From NCBI GenBank assembly GCA_014905635.1, contig JABVCE010000005.1:1550001-1614000 (forward strand): a DNA stretch of 64,000 nucleotides, given 5' to 3'. This document shows, piece by piece, positions 47,367 through 57,900 of the stretch. Position 1 is the stretch's first letter, and every line of letters begins with the position of its first letter. The notes under the pieces were generated by a model. It did not search any database and had not been told where the DNA came from. It was given only the letters and a program-made list of their open reading frames with translations. The position numbers were made by a program, and so were the translations under genes. This DNA is from Scenedesmus sp. PABB004 (Eukaryota).

Positions 47367-49425
47367 ATGGCCTGCAACGATGGCACCCTCGCGGGCCACG
47401 ACTCGCTGGAGGCGCTGCTGGAGGTGCGTGGGCCGGTCTCGACGGCTGCTCGGCGCGCCGCGCGCGCCTGTGCGGCCAGGCCAGATGCGTGAGGGGGGGC
47501 CCTGCCCCCCGCAGCAGCGCGCCTGAGCGCGTGCACGGGCCCCGGAGCGCGCCGGGGCCATGCTAGAGGCTCCTGGGAGACGTCAGCGCATCGACATCGA
47601 GGCCACTCGCCGCGCGCCGCGCGCCGCCGCTGCTGCCGACGCGCCCTCGCTGCCGCGCAGGCGCACCTGCCCGCCGACAAGCTGGCCGAGGTGAAGCGCG
47701 TGCTGTACGGCGCCAACCAGGGCCAGCCCGTCGCGTCGCTGGAGCTGCCGGCGGCCGTGCGCGCGGCGGCTTCGGCGGGCGGGTTCGACCTGCAGGCCTG
47801 CGTGTTCCGCGCCGCGGCCGAGGAGCTGCGCGCGCCGCGCGTCGTGCGCATCGGGCTCATCCAGCACGGCATCGTCAAGCCCACCACCGCGCCGCTCGCG
47901 GAGCAGCGCCAGGCCATCCACGAGCGCGTGTGCGAGCTCATCGCTGCGGCGGCGCAGGCGGGCGTGAACGTGCTGTGCCTGCAGGAGGCCTGGTGCGCGG
48001 CGGCGCGGACCGGCGGCGGCGGCGGGGAGCGGTGGCGGGGCGGCGCGTGGGCCGCGGCCTGACGACCTGACGCGGCGCCCGGCGCGCCCGCCGCCGCGCC
48101 GCGCCGCCAGGACGATGCCCTTTGCGTTTTGCACGCGCGAGAAGCACTGGAATGCGTTTGCGGAGCCCGCCGAGACGGGGCCGACCACCAAGCTGCTGCA
48201 GGTGCAGCGGCGGCGGCGGCGCGTGCGCGCGGGCAGGCCGGTCGGCCCGCCGCGCGCGGCCGCGCCGCCGGCGGCGCGGCCCGACACCCGACCACCGCGC
48301 CGCCGGCGGCGCCCCCGCAGGGCCTCGCGGCGGCGCACGGCATGGTGATCATCAGCCCCATCCTCGAGCGCGACGAGGCGCACGGCGACACGGTGTGGAA
48401 CACCGCGGTCGTGATCGGGCACAACGGCAACGTCATCGGCAAGCACAGAAAGGTGCGCCGCGCCGCGTGGGGGCCGGCGCCGCGCTGGGCCGCGGCACCT
48501 GCGGGCCGCGCGCTGGGCCGCGCCGCCGCGCCGTGCCCGAGCCGCAGCCGCCGCCGCCGCCGCCGCCGCCGCCATCATCGCCGCCTCTGCCGCGCCGCGG
48601 TCCAGAACCACATCCCGCGCGTGGGCGACTTCAACGAGTCCACCTACTACCTCGAGGGCAACACGGGGCACCCCGTGTTTGAGACCGCGTTTGGCCGCGT
48701 CGCGGTCAACATCTGCTACGGCCGCCACCACCCGCAGAACTGGCAGGCGCGTGGCGCGTGGCCCGCGCCGCGCCGCGCCGCGCCGCGCCGCGCCGCGCCG
48801 CGCCGCGCCGCGCCGCGCCGCGCGCTTGACGTCGGGCCGCGCCGGTCGCGCGCGCGTGCAAGAGCCCCGCGGCCTGCGCTGCCTGCGCAGGCGTTTGGCC
48901 TGAACGGCGCCGAGATCGTGTTCAACCCCTCGGCCACGGTCGGCGAGCTCAGCGAGCCGATGTGGCCGGTCGAGGCGCGCAACGCCGCGATCGCCAACAG
49001 CTACTACGTCGCCGCGATCAACCGCGTCGGCACGGAGGCCTTCCCGCACGAGTTCACCTCCGGCGACGGCCGCCCCGCGCACAAGGTGCCTGGCGCGCGC
49101 GCGCGCGCGCGCGCCGCGCCGCGCCGCACCGTACCGTGCCGGCCGCTGACCGCGTCCCGCGCGGACTGCGCAGGACTTTGGTCACTTTTACGGCAGCAGC
49201 TACGTCGCCGCGCCCGACGCGAGCCGCAGCCCGGGGCTGTCGCGGCACCGCGACGGGCTGCTCGTCGCGGAGCTGGACCTCAACCTCTGCCGGCAGGTCA
49301 AGGACAAGTGGGACTTCCGGCTGACCTCGCGGCCGGAGCTGTACGCGGACCTGTGGGCGCGCTACGTGCGCCACGACTTTGCGCCGCAGGTCGTGCGCGA
49401 CCCCGCGCTGGGCGGCGGCAGCTGA
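47367..49425 (+). CDS. PYD3: Beta-ureidopropionase (nitrilase family)
   Basis: [78 protein letters not shown]. Confidence 0.96.
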
Positions 49426-49687
49426 GCTGAGCGCGCGGCGGCCCGTGCGTGGGGCAGGTGGCACACACACACCGGCTCCACCGCCGCACGAGGTAACCGA
49501 GCGGCACCGGTGGTGCCCGCCGCCGGCCGGCACGTCCGCCGTCAAATTCCCTCACTCTTGGGTGTCGGGGGCGTTCGAGTACTGCGGCCCCGGCCTCCCA
49601 CAGCCGCCTCGACACCACCGCGCCCACGCCCGCACCTCGTCGCTCGCGCGCGAGCCCCCTCACCGGCAGCAGCACCAGCTCGGCAGC

Positions 49688-50245
49688 ATGGGCGCCCCGC
49701 GAACCTGCTGCGCCACGCTGATCGCGATCTTCCTGCCGCCGCTGGCCGTGTTTGTCGACCGCGGCTGCGGGTGCCAGCTGCTGCTCAACGTGGTGCGCGA
49801 GCGGGAGCGCGACGCCGGCGGCGCGCGGCAGCAGCGCTGGCTGGTGCTGCGGGCCTCGCTCCAGGCGCTCACCCGGCCCGCCCGCGCGACCGCAGATCCT
49901 CACTCTGTGCGGCTTCCTGCCCGGTGCGGCGGCTGCACCCCACCTGCAGCGCGCGCGCGCTGCTGCAGGCCCGCCGCTGCCGCCGCCGCCGCGGCTGAGC
50001 GTCCCCGCCCACCGCTGCCGCCGCGTGCGCCCGGCGCCGTCGCGCGCGCAGGCATGCTGCACGCGCTGTTCATCATCTGCCTCAACGACGACGACAGCCG
50101 CGGCCTGCCCGTCACCAACCCCGCGCAGCCGCCGCTGCAGCAGCCCTTCGTGCCCCAGCAGCAGGCCGCGCCCTACCCGCCGCAGGGCGTCGCGGTGGGC
50201 CAGCCCGTCGCGGCGGGGCCGCCGCCGGGCTACCCCACGAAGTGA
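49688..50245 (+). CDS. PMP3/RCI2 (UPF0057) proteolipid, copy A, with a Pro/Gln-rich tail
   Basis: LIAIFLPPLAVF..GCGCQLLLNV/ILTLCGFLP/GMLHALFII across two introns. Confidence 0.88.
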   Translation: MGAPRTCCATLIAIFLPPLAVFVDRGCGCQLLLNVVRERERDAGGARQQRWLVLRASLQALTRPARATADPHSVRLPARCGGCTPPAARARCCRPAAAAAAAAERPRPPLPPRAPGAVARAGMLHALFIICLNDDDSRGLPVTNPAQPPLQQPFVPQQQAAPYPPQGVAVGQPVAAGPPPGYPTK

Positions 50246-50679
50246 GCGCCCCAGCGGGCCCCAGCACTGGGCGGCGGCATTCTTGTGTGCAGGCCCATTG
50301 AGCAGTGCAGCGTGCGGGCCGCGCGCTGAGAGTTGTGCAGTTGCAGTCGGCGGCAGCGGCCACGTTGACCCAGCGCGAACAGGAACCCTGGGCCCCGGCG
50401 GGCGCCCAAGTGCAGGCGGCGTAACCGTGCGCAGGTCGGGCGCGGGGTCAGGATCCCCGGACAGACCAGCCGCCCGTGCGCGCGCGTGCGCCGTCTTGGC
50501 CCGCCGTCGCGCGTCTCCGCCGCTGCTCGCCGGCGGGACCGCCCAACCAATGCCCCCCCCCCCCAAAGGTTCCGCGTCAGGGGCCCGGGCCCGCGTCAGG
50601 GGTCGCGTCTGCACCGCGCGCACCGCGGCGGCCGCGCGGGTAGTGTCAGAGGCCGTGCGCAAGTGACACTGCGTGCTGG

Positions 50680-51972
50680 TCAGAGGTAGTCGGCGTCCTC
50701 GTTGAAGCCCTGGTCCTTGAAGAACGTGTCCACGTCGCCCTCGCGCCCCTCAAACTTCTTCTTGCACCAGCTCTGCAGCGCAAACACGTTGTCCTGCCAC
50801 CGGTTGGCCGCCTCCTTGGCGTACTGCGCGCGCGCCGGCGGCGGTGAGGCGGCGCGGCTGCCGCCGCCCGGCTGCCGCTGCCCGGCTGCGCGAGCGGCCG
50901 CGCCTCGCCCGCGCACCGCCGCCGCGGGCCTGGCGCCGGGCCGGCGCTGCGCCGCGCGCGCACCTGCGTCGCCTCGGACAGCTTTGCCAGCGTCTCTGGG
51001 TCGCTCTCCGCAAACTGCTGCAGCTCCGTCGCCTGCGCCTCAACCTGCGCCTGCAGCTCCGCCAGCTGCTGCATCAGCTGCCCCCGCTCGGCCTGCAGAG
51101 GGGCGGAGCGTGCAGCGCGCTCAGTTCAGTGTGGAGGAGCGGGGCAGGCGGCATGCGTGAGCGCTCGCCGCGGGCGCAGGCAGTCGGCGCACCGAGTCCT
51201 CCTTGCCCTGCTTCGCCGCCGCCACCGCCGCCGCGAGCTCCTGCTGCCGCGCCTCCGCCGCCGCGATGTCAGCTTTGGCCTTTGCGATGTCCGCCAGCAG
51301 CTGCGCCGCGCGCGCCGCGGCGGCGGCGGCGGCGGTGAGCCCGCCCGCCGCGCGCGGGCGCCGGGGGCCGCCCCGCGCGGCGCACCTTGGTGGACTGCTC
51401 GGCGGGGAACGACCTGCGGCCGCCGCGGCGCGCGGCGCGCGGGCGTGCGAGCGTGCGAGCGTGTGAGCATGAGTGCGCGCGCCGGCCCTGCCGCCGGCTG
51501 CGTCGCCGCGGGCTGCGTGGCGTGGGCTGCGCGGCGCCGCCGCGCACCAGAAGTAGTTTGACGTGCCGATCTTCTCCGCGTGCACCAGGTTGTCGTCCAC
51601 CAGGCTCTGCACGCGCGGTGGCGGCGGGGTGTGTGCGCGTGCCCTGCGGCCTGCGCGCGCGCGGCCCCGTGCGCGCGCACCGCGCGCACCTGCAGCACCT
51701 CCTTGATGGTCTGCAGCACCACGCCCTTCTTGGCGGCCAGCTTCTCCACGTCCTGCACGCCCGCCGGCCGCCGGCGGTCGCCGCGCGCCGTGCCCGCCGG
51801 CGCACGTTCACACCGCCGGCAGCCGCGGCGCAGCGCCGGCGCAGCGCCGGCGCACGCCTCTGGGCTGCTGGCGGGCGCGCACCTTGAGCACGAAGACGTC
51901 TGCCGACTGCGTGAAGACCTCCAGCACCTTTTCGCGCTTCTCCTCCAGCGAAAGGCCCTTGCGCTTCGACAT
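50680..51972 (-). CDS. MND1: Meiotic nuclear division protein 1
   Basis: [58 protein letters not shown]. Confidence 0.95.
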
Positions 51973-52242
51973 CGCTGCTGCTCGGGCCGCCAGACGCTCC
52001 GCGCACGGCAGGACGTCCGGGAGCGCGCGGCCGGGGCGCGAAGGGCTGGCGGGCGCGCGGGCTGGGAGCGGCGACGGCGAGCGTGGCGGTCGGCCGGCGC
52101 TGCGCGCACGGTGGGGGCTGGGCGGGCGCTGGGCGGGCGCTGCGCGGGCGCGCTGAGCAAAGCAGGGAGCTGCGCGATCTGTGGGGCCGGCCGCGGCGGG
52201 CGCTCCGTGCATGCGCCCGATTCAAACGCCGCGTCGCGGCCG

Positions 52243-53385
52243 TCACTGCTGCGCCTCGTCGAGCCCCACGCCCTCCAGCTCCAGCGTGCTCGGCATGCCC
52301 GCCACGTCCATGTCCAGAACCATCTGCGGGTCGCTGGCGATGAGCCGCACCGGGTCGGCCTGCGGAGGCGCGGCGGCGGCGGCGCGCACAGCGTGAGCGC
52401 GGGCAGCACGGGCAGCGCGGGCCGCGCCGCCTGCGCACGCACCTGCGGCATGAGGCGCGCCAGCTCGCTCATGAGGCGGGGCAGGTCGGCGCGCAGCAGC
52501 ATCGGCTCGAGCTCCACCAGCGCGTCGACGTCCACGCCGGGCAGCCGCCGCCGCAGCTCCCCCACCTGCGCGCGCACCTGCACAACGGAGCCCCGGGGCC
52601 GTGGCGGCGGTGGTGGCGGTGCGTCAGCGCGTGCGCCTGCCGCGGGCGCCACCGCCGCCGCTCGCGCCGCAGCCGCTCGGCCAGGGGTCGCACGCGCGCA
52701 CCTCGGCGACCGGCATCGCGAGCAGCAGCCGGGGGTGGCCGGCGACGAGGGCCGACACGTTGGCGCGCGGCAGCACCTCACGCAGCGCGAGCAGCCGCTC
52801 CGCGGTCGCGCCCGGGTCGCGCAGCAGCTGCAGCAGCACGTCCGCGCGCGCGCGCTCGAGCTTGCCGACAATGTCTGGCAGCAGGTTGCCGAGCTCGCCC
52901 AGCTTCGTCTCGACCTGCGGCACTGTGACCTCCAGCTTCTCCGCCAGCCAGATTTTGAGCAGCGCGACCTGCGCCGACGAGTCCCTGCGTCGGCGGCGGG
53001 CGGGCGCACATCGGCTGGCCGCGGCGATCGCGTCTGCCGCCGCCGCTGCCGCGCCCGCTGCTCGCCGGCGCACCAGTCCAGGAGCCTCTCGTTACACTGG
53101 AAGCCAAAGCTCCAGGGGTTGGGCGGCAGCTCGGCCTCCGGCCCCGCGGCGGGCGGGCCGTCTGCAGCAGCAGCAGCAGCGACTGCGGGCGCGGCGCGCG
53201 TGCGGCCTGAGCGGCGCGCCCCCAGCTCCGCCGAGCTGGCACGGGACAGGTCACGCTGCCAGCTCACCGCACGCGCCAATGCGCGGCCTGGACCAGCAGC
53301 AGCGCGGCGGGAGGCCGGCCTGTCGGCACGATGCCGTCGGACTGCGCGCCTCAGCGGCCCCGAGCCGCGCTCGCGCCGCGAGCAT
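52243..53385 (-). CDS. Hypothetical probably plastid-targeted protein
   Basis: Coherent spliced ORF NPWSFGFQCNERLLDW..LLALREVLPRANVSALVAGHPRLL..LPGVDVDALVELEPMLL. The start needs a 61-nt intron at 53207-53267. Confidence 0.65.
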
Positions 53386-53743
53386 AGCGGTGATGGCCAC
53401 GCGCAGCGGCCCCTGGCGCTCAACGGCAGCGGCGAGCAGCGGGGGCGAGCAGCGGCGGAGACGCGCGACGGCAGCGGCGGCGGCGGGCCAGGGCGGCGCA
53501 CGCGCACGCACGGGCGGCTGGTCTGTCCGGGGATCCTGACCCCGCGCCCGACCTGCGCACGGTTACGCCGCCTGCACTGGGGCGCCCGCCGGGGCCCAGG
53601 GTTCCTGTTCGCGCTGGGTCAACGTGGCCGCTGCCGCCGACTGCAACTGCACAACTCTCAGCGCGCGGCCCGCACGCTGCACTGCTCAATGGGCCTGCAC
53701 ACAAGAATGCCGCCGCCCAGTGCTGCTGGGGCCGCTGGGGCGC

Positions 53744-54301
53744 TCACTTCGTGGGGTAGCCCGGCGGCGGCCCCGCCGCGACGGGCTGGCCCACCGCGAC
53801 GCCCTGCGGCGGGTAGGGCGCGGCCTGCTGCTGGGGCACGAAGGGCTGCTGCAGCGGCGGCTGCGCGGGGTTGGTGACGGGCAGGCCGCGGCTGTCGTCG
53901 TCGTTGAGGCAGATGATGAACAGCGCGTGAAGCATGCCTGCGCGCGCAACGGCGCCGGGCGCACGCGGCGGCAGCGGTGGGCGGGGACGCTCAGCCGCGG
54001 CGGCGGCGGCAGCGGCGGGCCTGCAGCAGCGCGCGCGCGCTGCAGGTGGGGTGCAGCCGCCGCACCGGGCAGGAAGCCGCACAGAGTGAGGATCTGCGGT
54101 CGCGCGGGCGGGCCGGGTGAGCGCCTGGAGCGAGGCCCGCAGCACCAGCCAGCGCTGCTGCCGCGCGCCGCCGGCGCCGCGCTCCCGCTCGCGCACCACG
54201 TTGAGCAGCAGCTGGCACCCGCAGCCGCGGTCGACAAACACGGCCAGCGGCGGCAGGAAGATCGCGATCAGCGTGGCGCAGCAGGTTCGCGGGGCGCCCA
54301 T
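53744..54301 (-). CDS. PMP3/RCI2 proteolipid, copy B (inverted duplicate)
   Basis: Near-identical reverse complement of copy A with intact splice sites. Confidence 0.88.
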   Translation of the reverse strand: MGAPRTCCATLIAIFLPPLAVFVDRGCGCQLLLNVVRERERGAGGARQQRWLVLRASLQALTRPARATADPHSVRLPARCGGCTPPAARARCCRPAAAAAAAAERPRPPLPPRAPGAVARAGMLHALFIICLNDDDSRGLPVTNPAQPPLQQPFVPQQQAAPYPPQGVAVGQPVAAGPPPGYPTK

Positions 54302-54493
54302 GCTGCCGAGCTGGTGCTGCTGCCGGCGAGGGGGCTCGCGCGCGAGCGACGAGGTGCGGGCGTGGGCGCGGTGGTGTCGAGGCGGCTGTGGGAGGCCGGG
54401 GCTGCAGTACTCGAACGCCCCCGACACCCAAGAGTGAGGGAATTTGACGGCGGACGTGCCGGCCGGCGGCGGGCACTGTCAGCACAGATGGGG

Positions 54494-55109
54494 AGCGCTG
54501 CCCCTGCTGCGCGGCGCGCGCGCCCGAGTCGGCCGCGCACTTCCTCTTTGAGTCCGGCGCGCCCGGCCGCCCTGCGCGCCTCGCTGCGCTGCTTGCGGAC
54601 CTCGGTGCCAGCGGCGGGGGCGCACATGCTGGCGCGCTGGCTGCGCACCTGCGTGCGGCTGGTGTTGAGCTGGTGGCCAGCGGCAGCCAGGAGCTGGAGG
54701 CTGGAGCTGGCGGCGGCGGCAGCGGCAGCGGCAGCGACCCCGGCGTCGTGGCTAGCGCGGCGGCCCCTCGGGCTGCTGACGCAGGCGCGGCGGTCAGCAT
54801 CAGCGACAGCGGCGTCGCGGCTGATACGGCGGCCCCTCGGGCTGCTGATGTCAGCGCGGCGGTCAGCGTCAGCAGCGTCGCTGCTGGTGCGGCGGCCCCT
54901 CGGGCTGCCGTTACCGGCGCGGCGGGTCGGTGTGCAGCACTGGAGCAGGCTCGGCGTTATCTGCTTGGTGACCTGCTGCAGGATCAGCTTGCTGTTCACT
55001 CTGTGGCAGATTATGTAATGGACATCTGGAAGATGCGGGACACCGTCCTTAAGGGGCGCGGGACCAATGGGCGCGAGCCTGTGGTGTAACTATCTTTGTC
55101 TTTGTCTTT
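54494..55109 (+). mobile_element. 5'-truncated non-LTR retrotransposon 3' fragment
   Basis: AGATGGGG flanks it at 54486-54493 and 55110-55117. The open frame starts with zinc-knuckle-like RCPCC..ESAAHFLFE and ends at TAA 55089, followed by a TCTTT(G) repeat tail. Confidence 0.72.
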
Positions 55110-55733
55110 AGATGGGGGCTGTTGCCCGATGGAGGCCAGTGTGCAGCGGTTGGACTGGCCGCAGCGCTCAGGACTGGTAGGTGCGCGCAAGCGCTACAGC
55201 CAGCGGGTGCGGTCTGAACTGGGCAGCTGGGGTCAGCTGCCGCGTGTGTGCGCATCGAGTGTGTGTGGTTTACAGGGCAGGGCAGCAGCAGCGGGGCGCT
55301 GAGCGCTCATCCGCTGGGTCGCTCATCCGACGCGACAGCACCACCGGTGCCGCTCGGTTACCTCGTGCGACGGTGGAGCCGGTGGCTGTGTGCCACCTGA
55401 CCGACGCACGGGCTTTAGGTCCAAGCCGCGGAGTCGCCAGTCCGAGACAGCCTGCTCTGCCAGGTGCCTGAATGAATGCGACAGCGCGCGGTGGCCCGCG
55501 GCGCCTCGTCCCGCGGCGAGCGGGCGTGCCGATCGCCCGGTGCCGCGCGCGCAGGGACGCGCTGCGCTTCATCGCGCTGCGCGAGGACTTTAGGACGGCC
55601 AAGGTGGACGGCAAGACGCTGCAGGAGCTCTTCTCCGGCGAGGGCATGGAGGGCCAGCTCGGGGCGCGCTGAGCGGCGGCGCGCGTCGTTGCGTGTGTTC
55701 TTCCTTTGTTTTGCGTCGCGTGCGTGCGGCGCG

Positions 55734-56387
55734 TGTGTGTTGTTGATTACACGGCGGGGCCCGGTACGCTCCGGGCGGTTGAGCGTCCCACATCGGAACG
55801 CCTGGCGGGCCTGACCAACTCCCTCCCCGCCACCGCACGTGTCTGTGTCCTCCAAGTGCGACCAACCGAGCAGCCCGCAAGCGGGACCACATGCTGGCAA
55901 GCCGGCGCAGGGCGTGTAGCGAGCATGGCGCGGCCCAGGCGCGCGCAACTCACCAGCAAACCCACCTGCATGCCGCCCTCTGGTCTCGATCGCGCGCCGG
56001 ACCGTGGCACAAGGCAGAAGAACCGCGGCGAGGACCAACCCCCGCGCGCCCCCGCCCCGCCGCCGCCCCCCCGCGACCGACGCCGCCTTCTCCCCCCACC
56101 CCAGTCGCACGCACGCCCAGCCCGGCGGTGCCCCGGGACCCCACACACACCGGCCTACAGAACAGGCAGCGGGGCCGCACCAAACACACACGCCCGCACA
56201 CACCCAAAGAGCCTCATGCACCGGCCTGCAGCCAGATGCGCGGCGCCGCCCGTGGGTCGGCGTCGTCCGGCACGGTGCAGAGGAAGGGGTGCTGCGCAGG
56301 GACCTGCGCAGACCACTGTCGCGGGGCCGCGCGGCACGCAACAAAGTCTGCCAGTCAGGCCCAGAACGACGCCACCGCCGCTTGCTG
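55734..56387 (-). mobile_element. 5'-truncated LINE-like insertion
   Basis: Absent from the paralogous site near 61402-61410. GGCGCG is duplicated at 55728-55733 and 56388-56393. The minus strand ends TGTAATCAACAACACACA and encodes AVASFWA*LADFV..W..VPAQHPFL. Confidence 0.8.
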
Positions 56388-56587
56388 GGCGCGCGGTGTC
56401 CACTTTTTCGGCGAGATTTGTAACATGTTTGTGTCCTCGAGGGGGGTGTTTTGGGGTGGTCAGTTTGGCGATGTGGGGTGTTTGTTACGCTTGTGTGTTG
56501 CTGGTTATATGCGCTGCAAGCGCGTTTGGCTGCCAACTGTCCTTGGGAGCAGCCCCCCAATGGGATCCAGCCTGCGATGTGTTGCAG

Positions 56588-56660
56588 GCCCGGTTAGCTC
56601 AGTCGGTAGAGCGCAAGGCTCTTAACCTTGTGGTCGTGGGTTCGAGCCCCACATCGGGCG
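56588..56660 (+). tRNA. tRNA-Lys(CUU), copy 1
   Basis: 73-nt cloverleaf with anticodon arm CAAGG-CTCTTAA-CCTTG, TTCGA T-loop and downstream TTTT. Confidence 0.97.
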
Positions 56661-57135
56661 TCCATTTTGCACCGCACACGCCCTGTTGAAGCCCCCACGC
56701 ACGCCCCACGCACGCCCCGCGCCACGCCCGACCCAACGGGCCGCGCGCCGCGCCGCGCCGGCGCCCGAGCAGCCCGCGCCGCCGCACGCCGCGCCGCCGG
56801 CAGCCGCCGCGCCGCCGCGTCGCAGCCACCGGCGCGCGCGGCGGTGCGTGCTGAGCTGCCTGGGGCACAGGTACACAGCCACAGGCAGGCGCCGCAGCTG
56901 CTGGCCCAGGGACGCGGCGCCCGCCGCGCGCGCTGCCGGCGACGCGCGGCGGGCGCGGCGGCGCCGGGCTGGCGCCTCGCGCCAGGTGGCTGCGGCGCCA
57001 GTCAGCTGCAGCCACCCGGCGGCTGGCCGGGAGCACCGCCCTCAGCCCGCCCGGTGCGGCGGCCGTGGCGGTGCCGCAAGCGCGGCCCACGGCGGCGCAA
57101 GCGCGTGGGTTCAGCAGCCCGTGCAGACGCGGCGC

Positions 57136-57879
57136 TCAGCAGCCAGCAGCCAGCTTGAAACGCCCGAGCATGGTCGACACCTCGTCCACACTGTCGTCGT
57201 CCACTTTGTTGGGGGCGCGGGCTGCTGGGGCGGGGGCTGGGCGCAGCGTGACCATGCTGCGACAGAGCTGTACCAGGGCATCCCAGCCGCCCATCCAGGC
57301 CGCCTTGAGCGCTGAAGCCCGCAGCTGCAGTTTGACGACCATGAGCAGCGCCGCGGAGGCCGCGCGCGCCCGCGACGAACGCGACGGCGGCCTGCGCCGA
57401 GTGGCGGGCGTCGACGCCGCAGAGGGAACCGCCGACGGCGACCACCAGCGTGTGGCTGCCCCGCGCGCCGACCACGGCGTAGCAGTGGCCCATGCGCCGC
57501 GCGCGCGCGGCGCCGGCTCTCGCCGGCGCGCACCTCCACCTGGGATGGCGCGGTGTGGAGCAGGGCGGCGTGGTGCGGGGGCGCCCGCGCGCGCGGGTGG
57601 AGCAAGCGGCGGCACGGCAGCACGGCGGCGCGACACGAGAGCGCGCACCCGCAGCATCTCCGCGCCGGCGTCCATGCTGTCGGCCAGAGCCTGCGCGGTG
57701 ACCTCGCCGCGGTTGTTCGACCCGCAGAAAAACGCGACGTGCGCGCACGACTTGACCATCGCGTTGAGGTTGGCGGCGCAGAGGTCCCGCAGCTCCGCGT
57801 GGTCAAGGCCCTTGACCCCAACGCCCTCGCCTGGCTGCCGACACCGGCCGGTGTCGGCAGCAGCCTGCGGCTGCGGCAC
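57136..57879 (-). other. Possible gene fragment of unknown family
   Basis: Protein-like stretch GLDHAELRDLCAANLNAMVKSCAHVAFFCGSNNRGEVT and an intron-like segment, but no coherent model. Confidence 0.3.
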
Positions 57880-57900
57880 AGCGCCCCGCCGGCAGGCCAG

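Larger units (their letters stand above)
55512..57131 (+). repeat. Direct duplicate of 61192-62140, interrupted by an insertion
   Basis: Shared exon ALRFIALREDFRTAKVDGK, T-rich 3' region, tRNA and downstream sequence. Confidence 0.93.

Noticed and set aside
56588..56660. tRNA-derived SINE
   Set aside because: Full canonical tRNA with a terminator. The duplication extends hundreds of bases on both sides.
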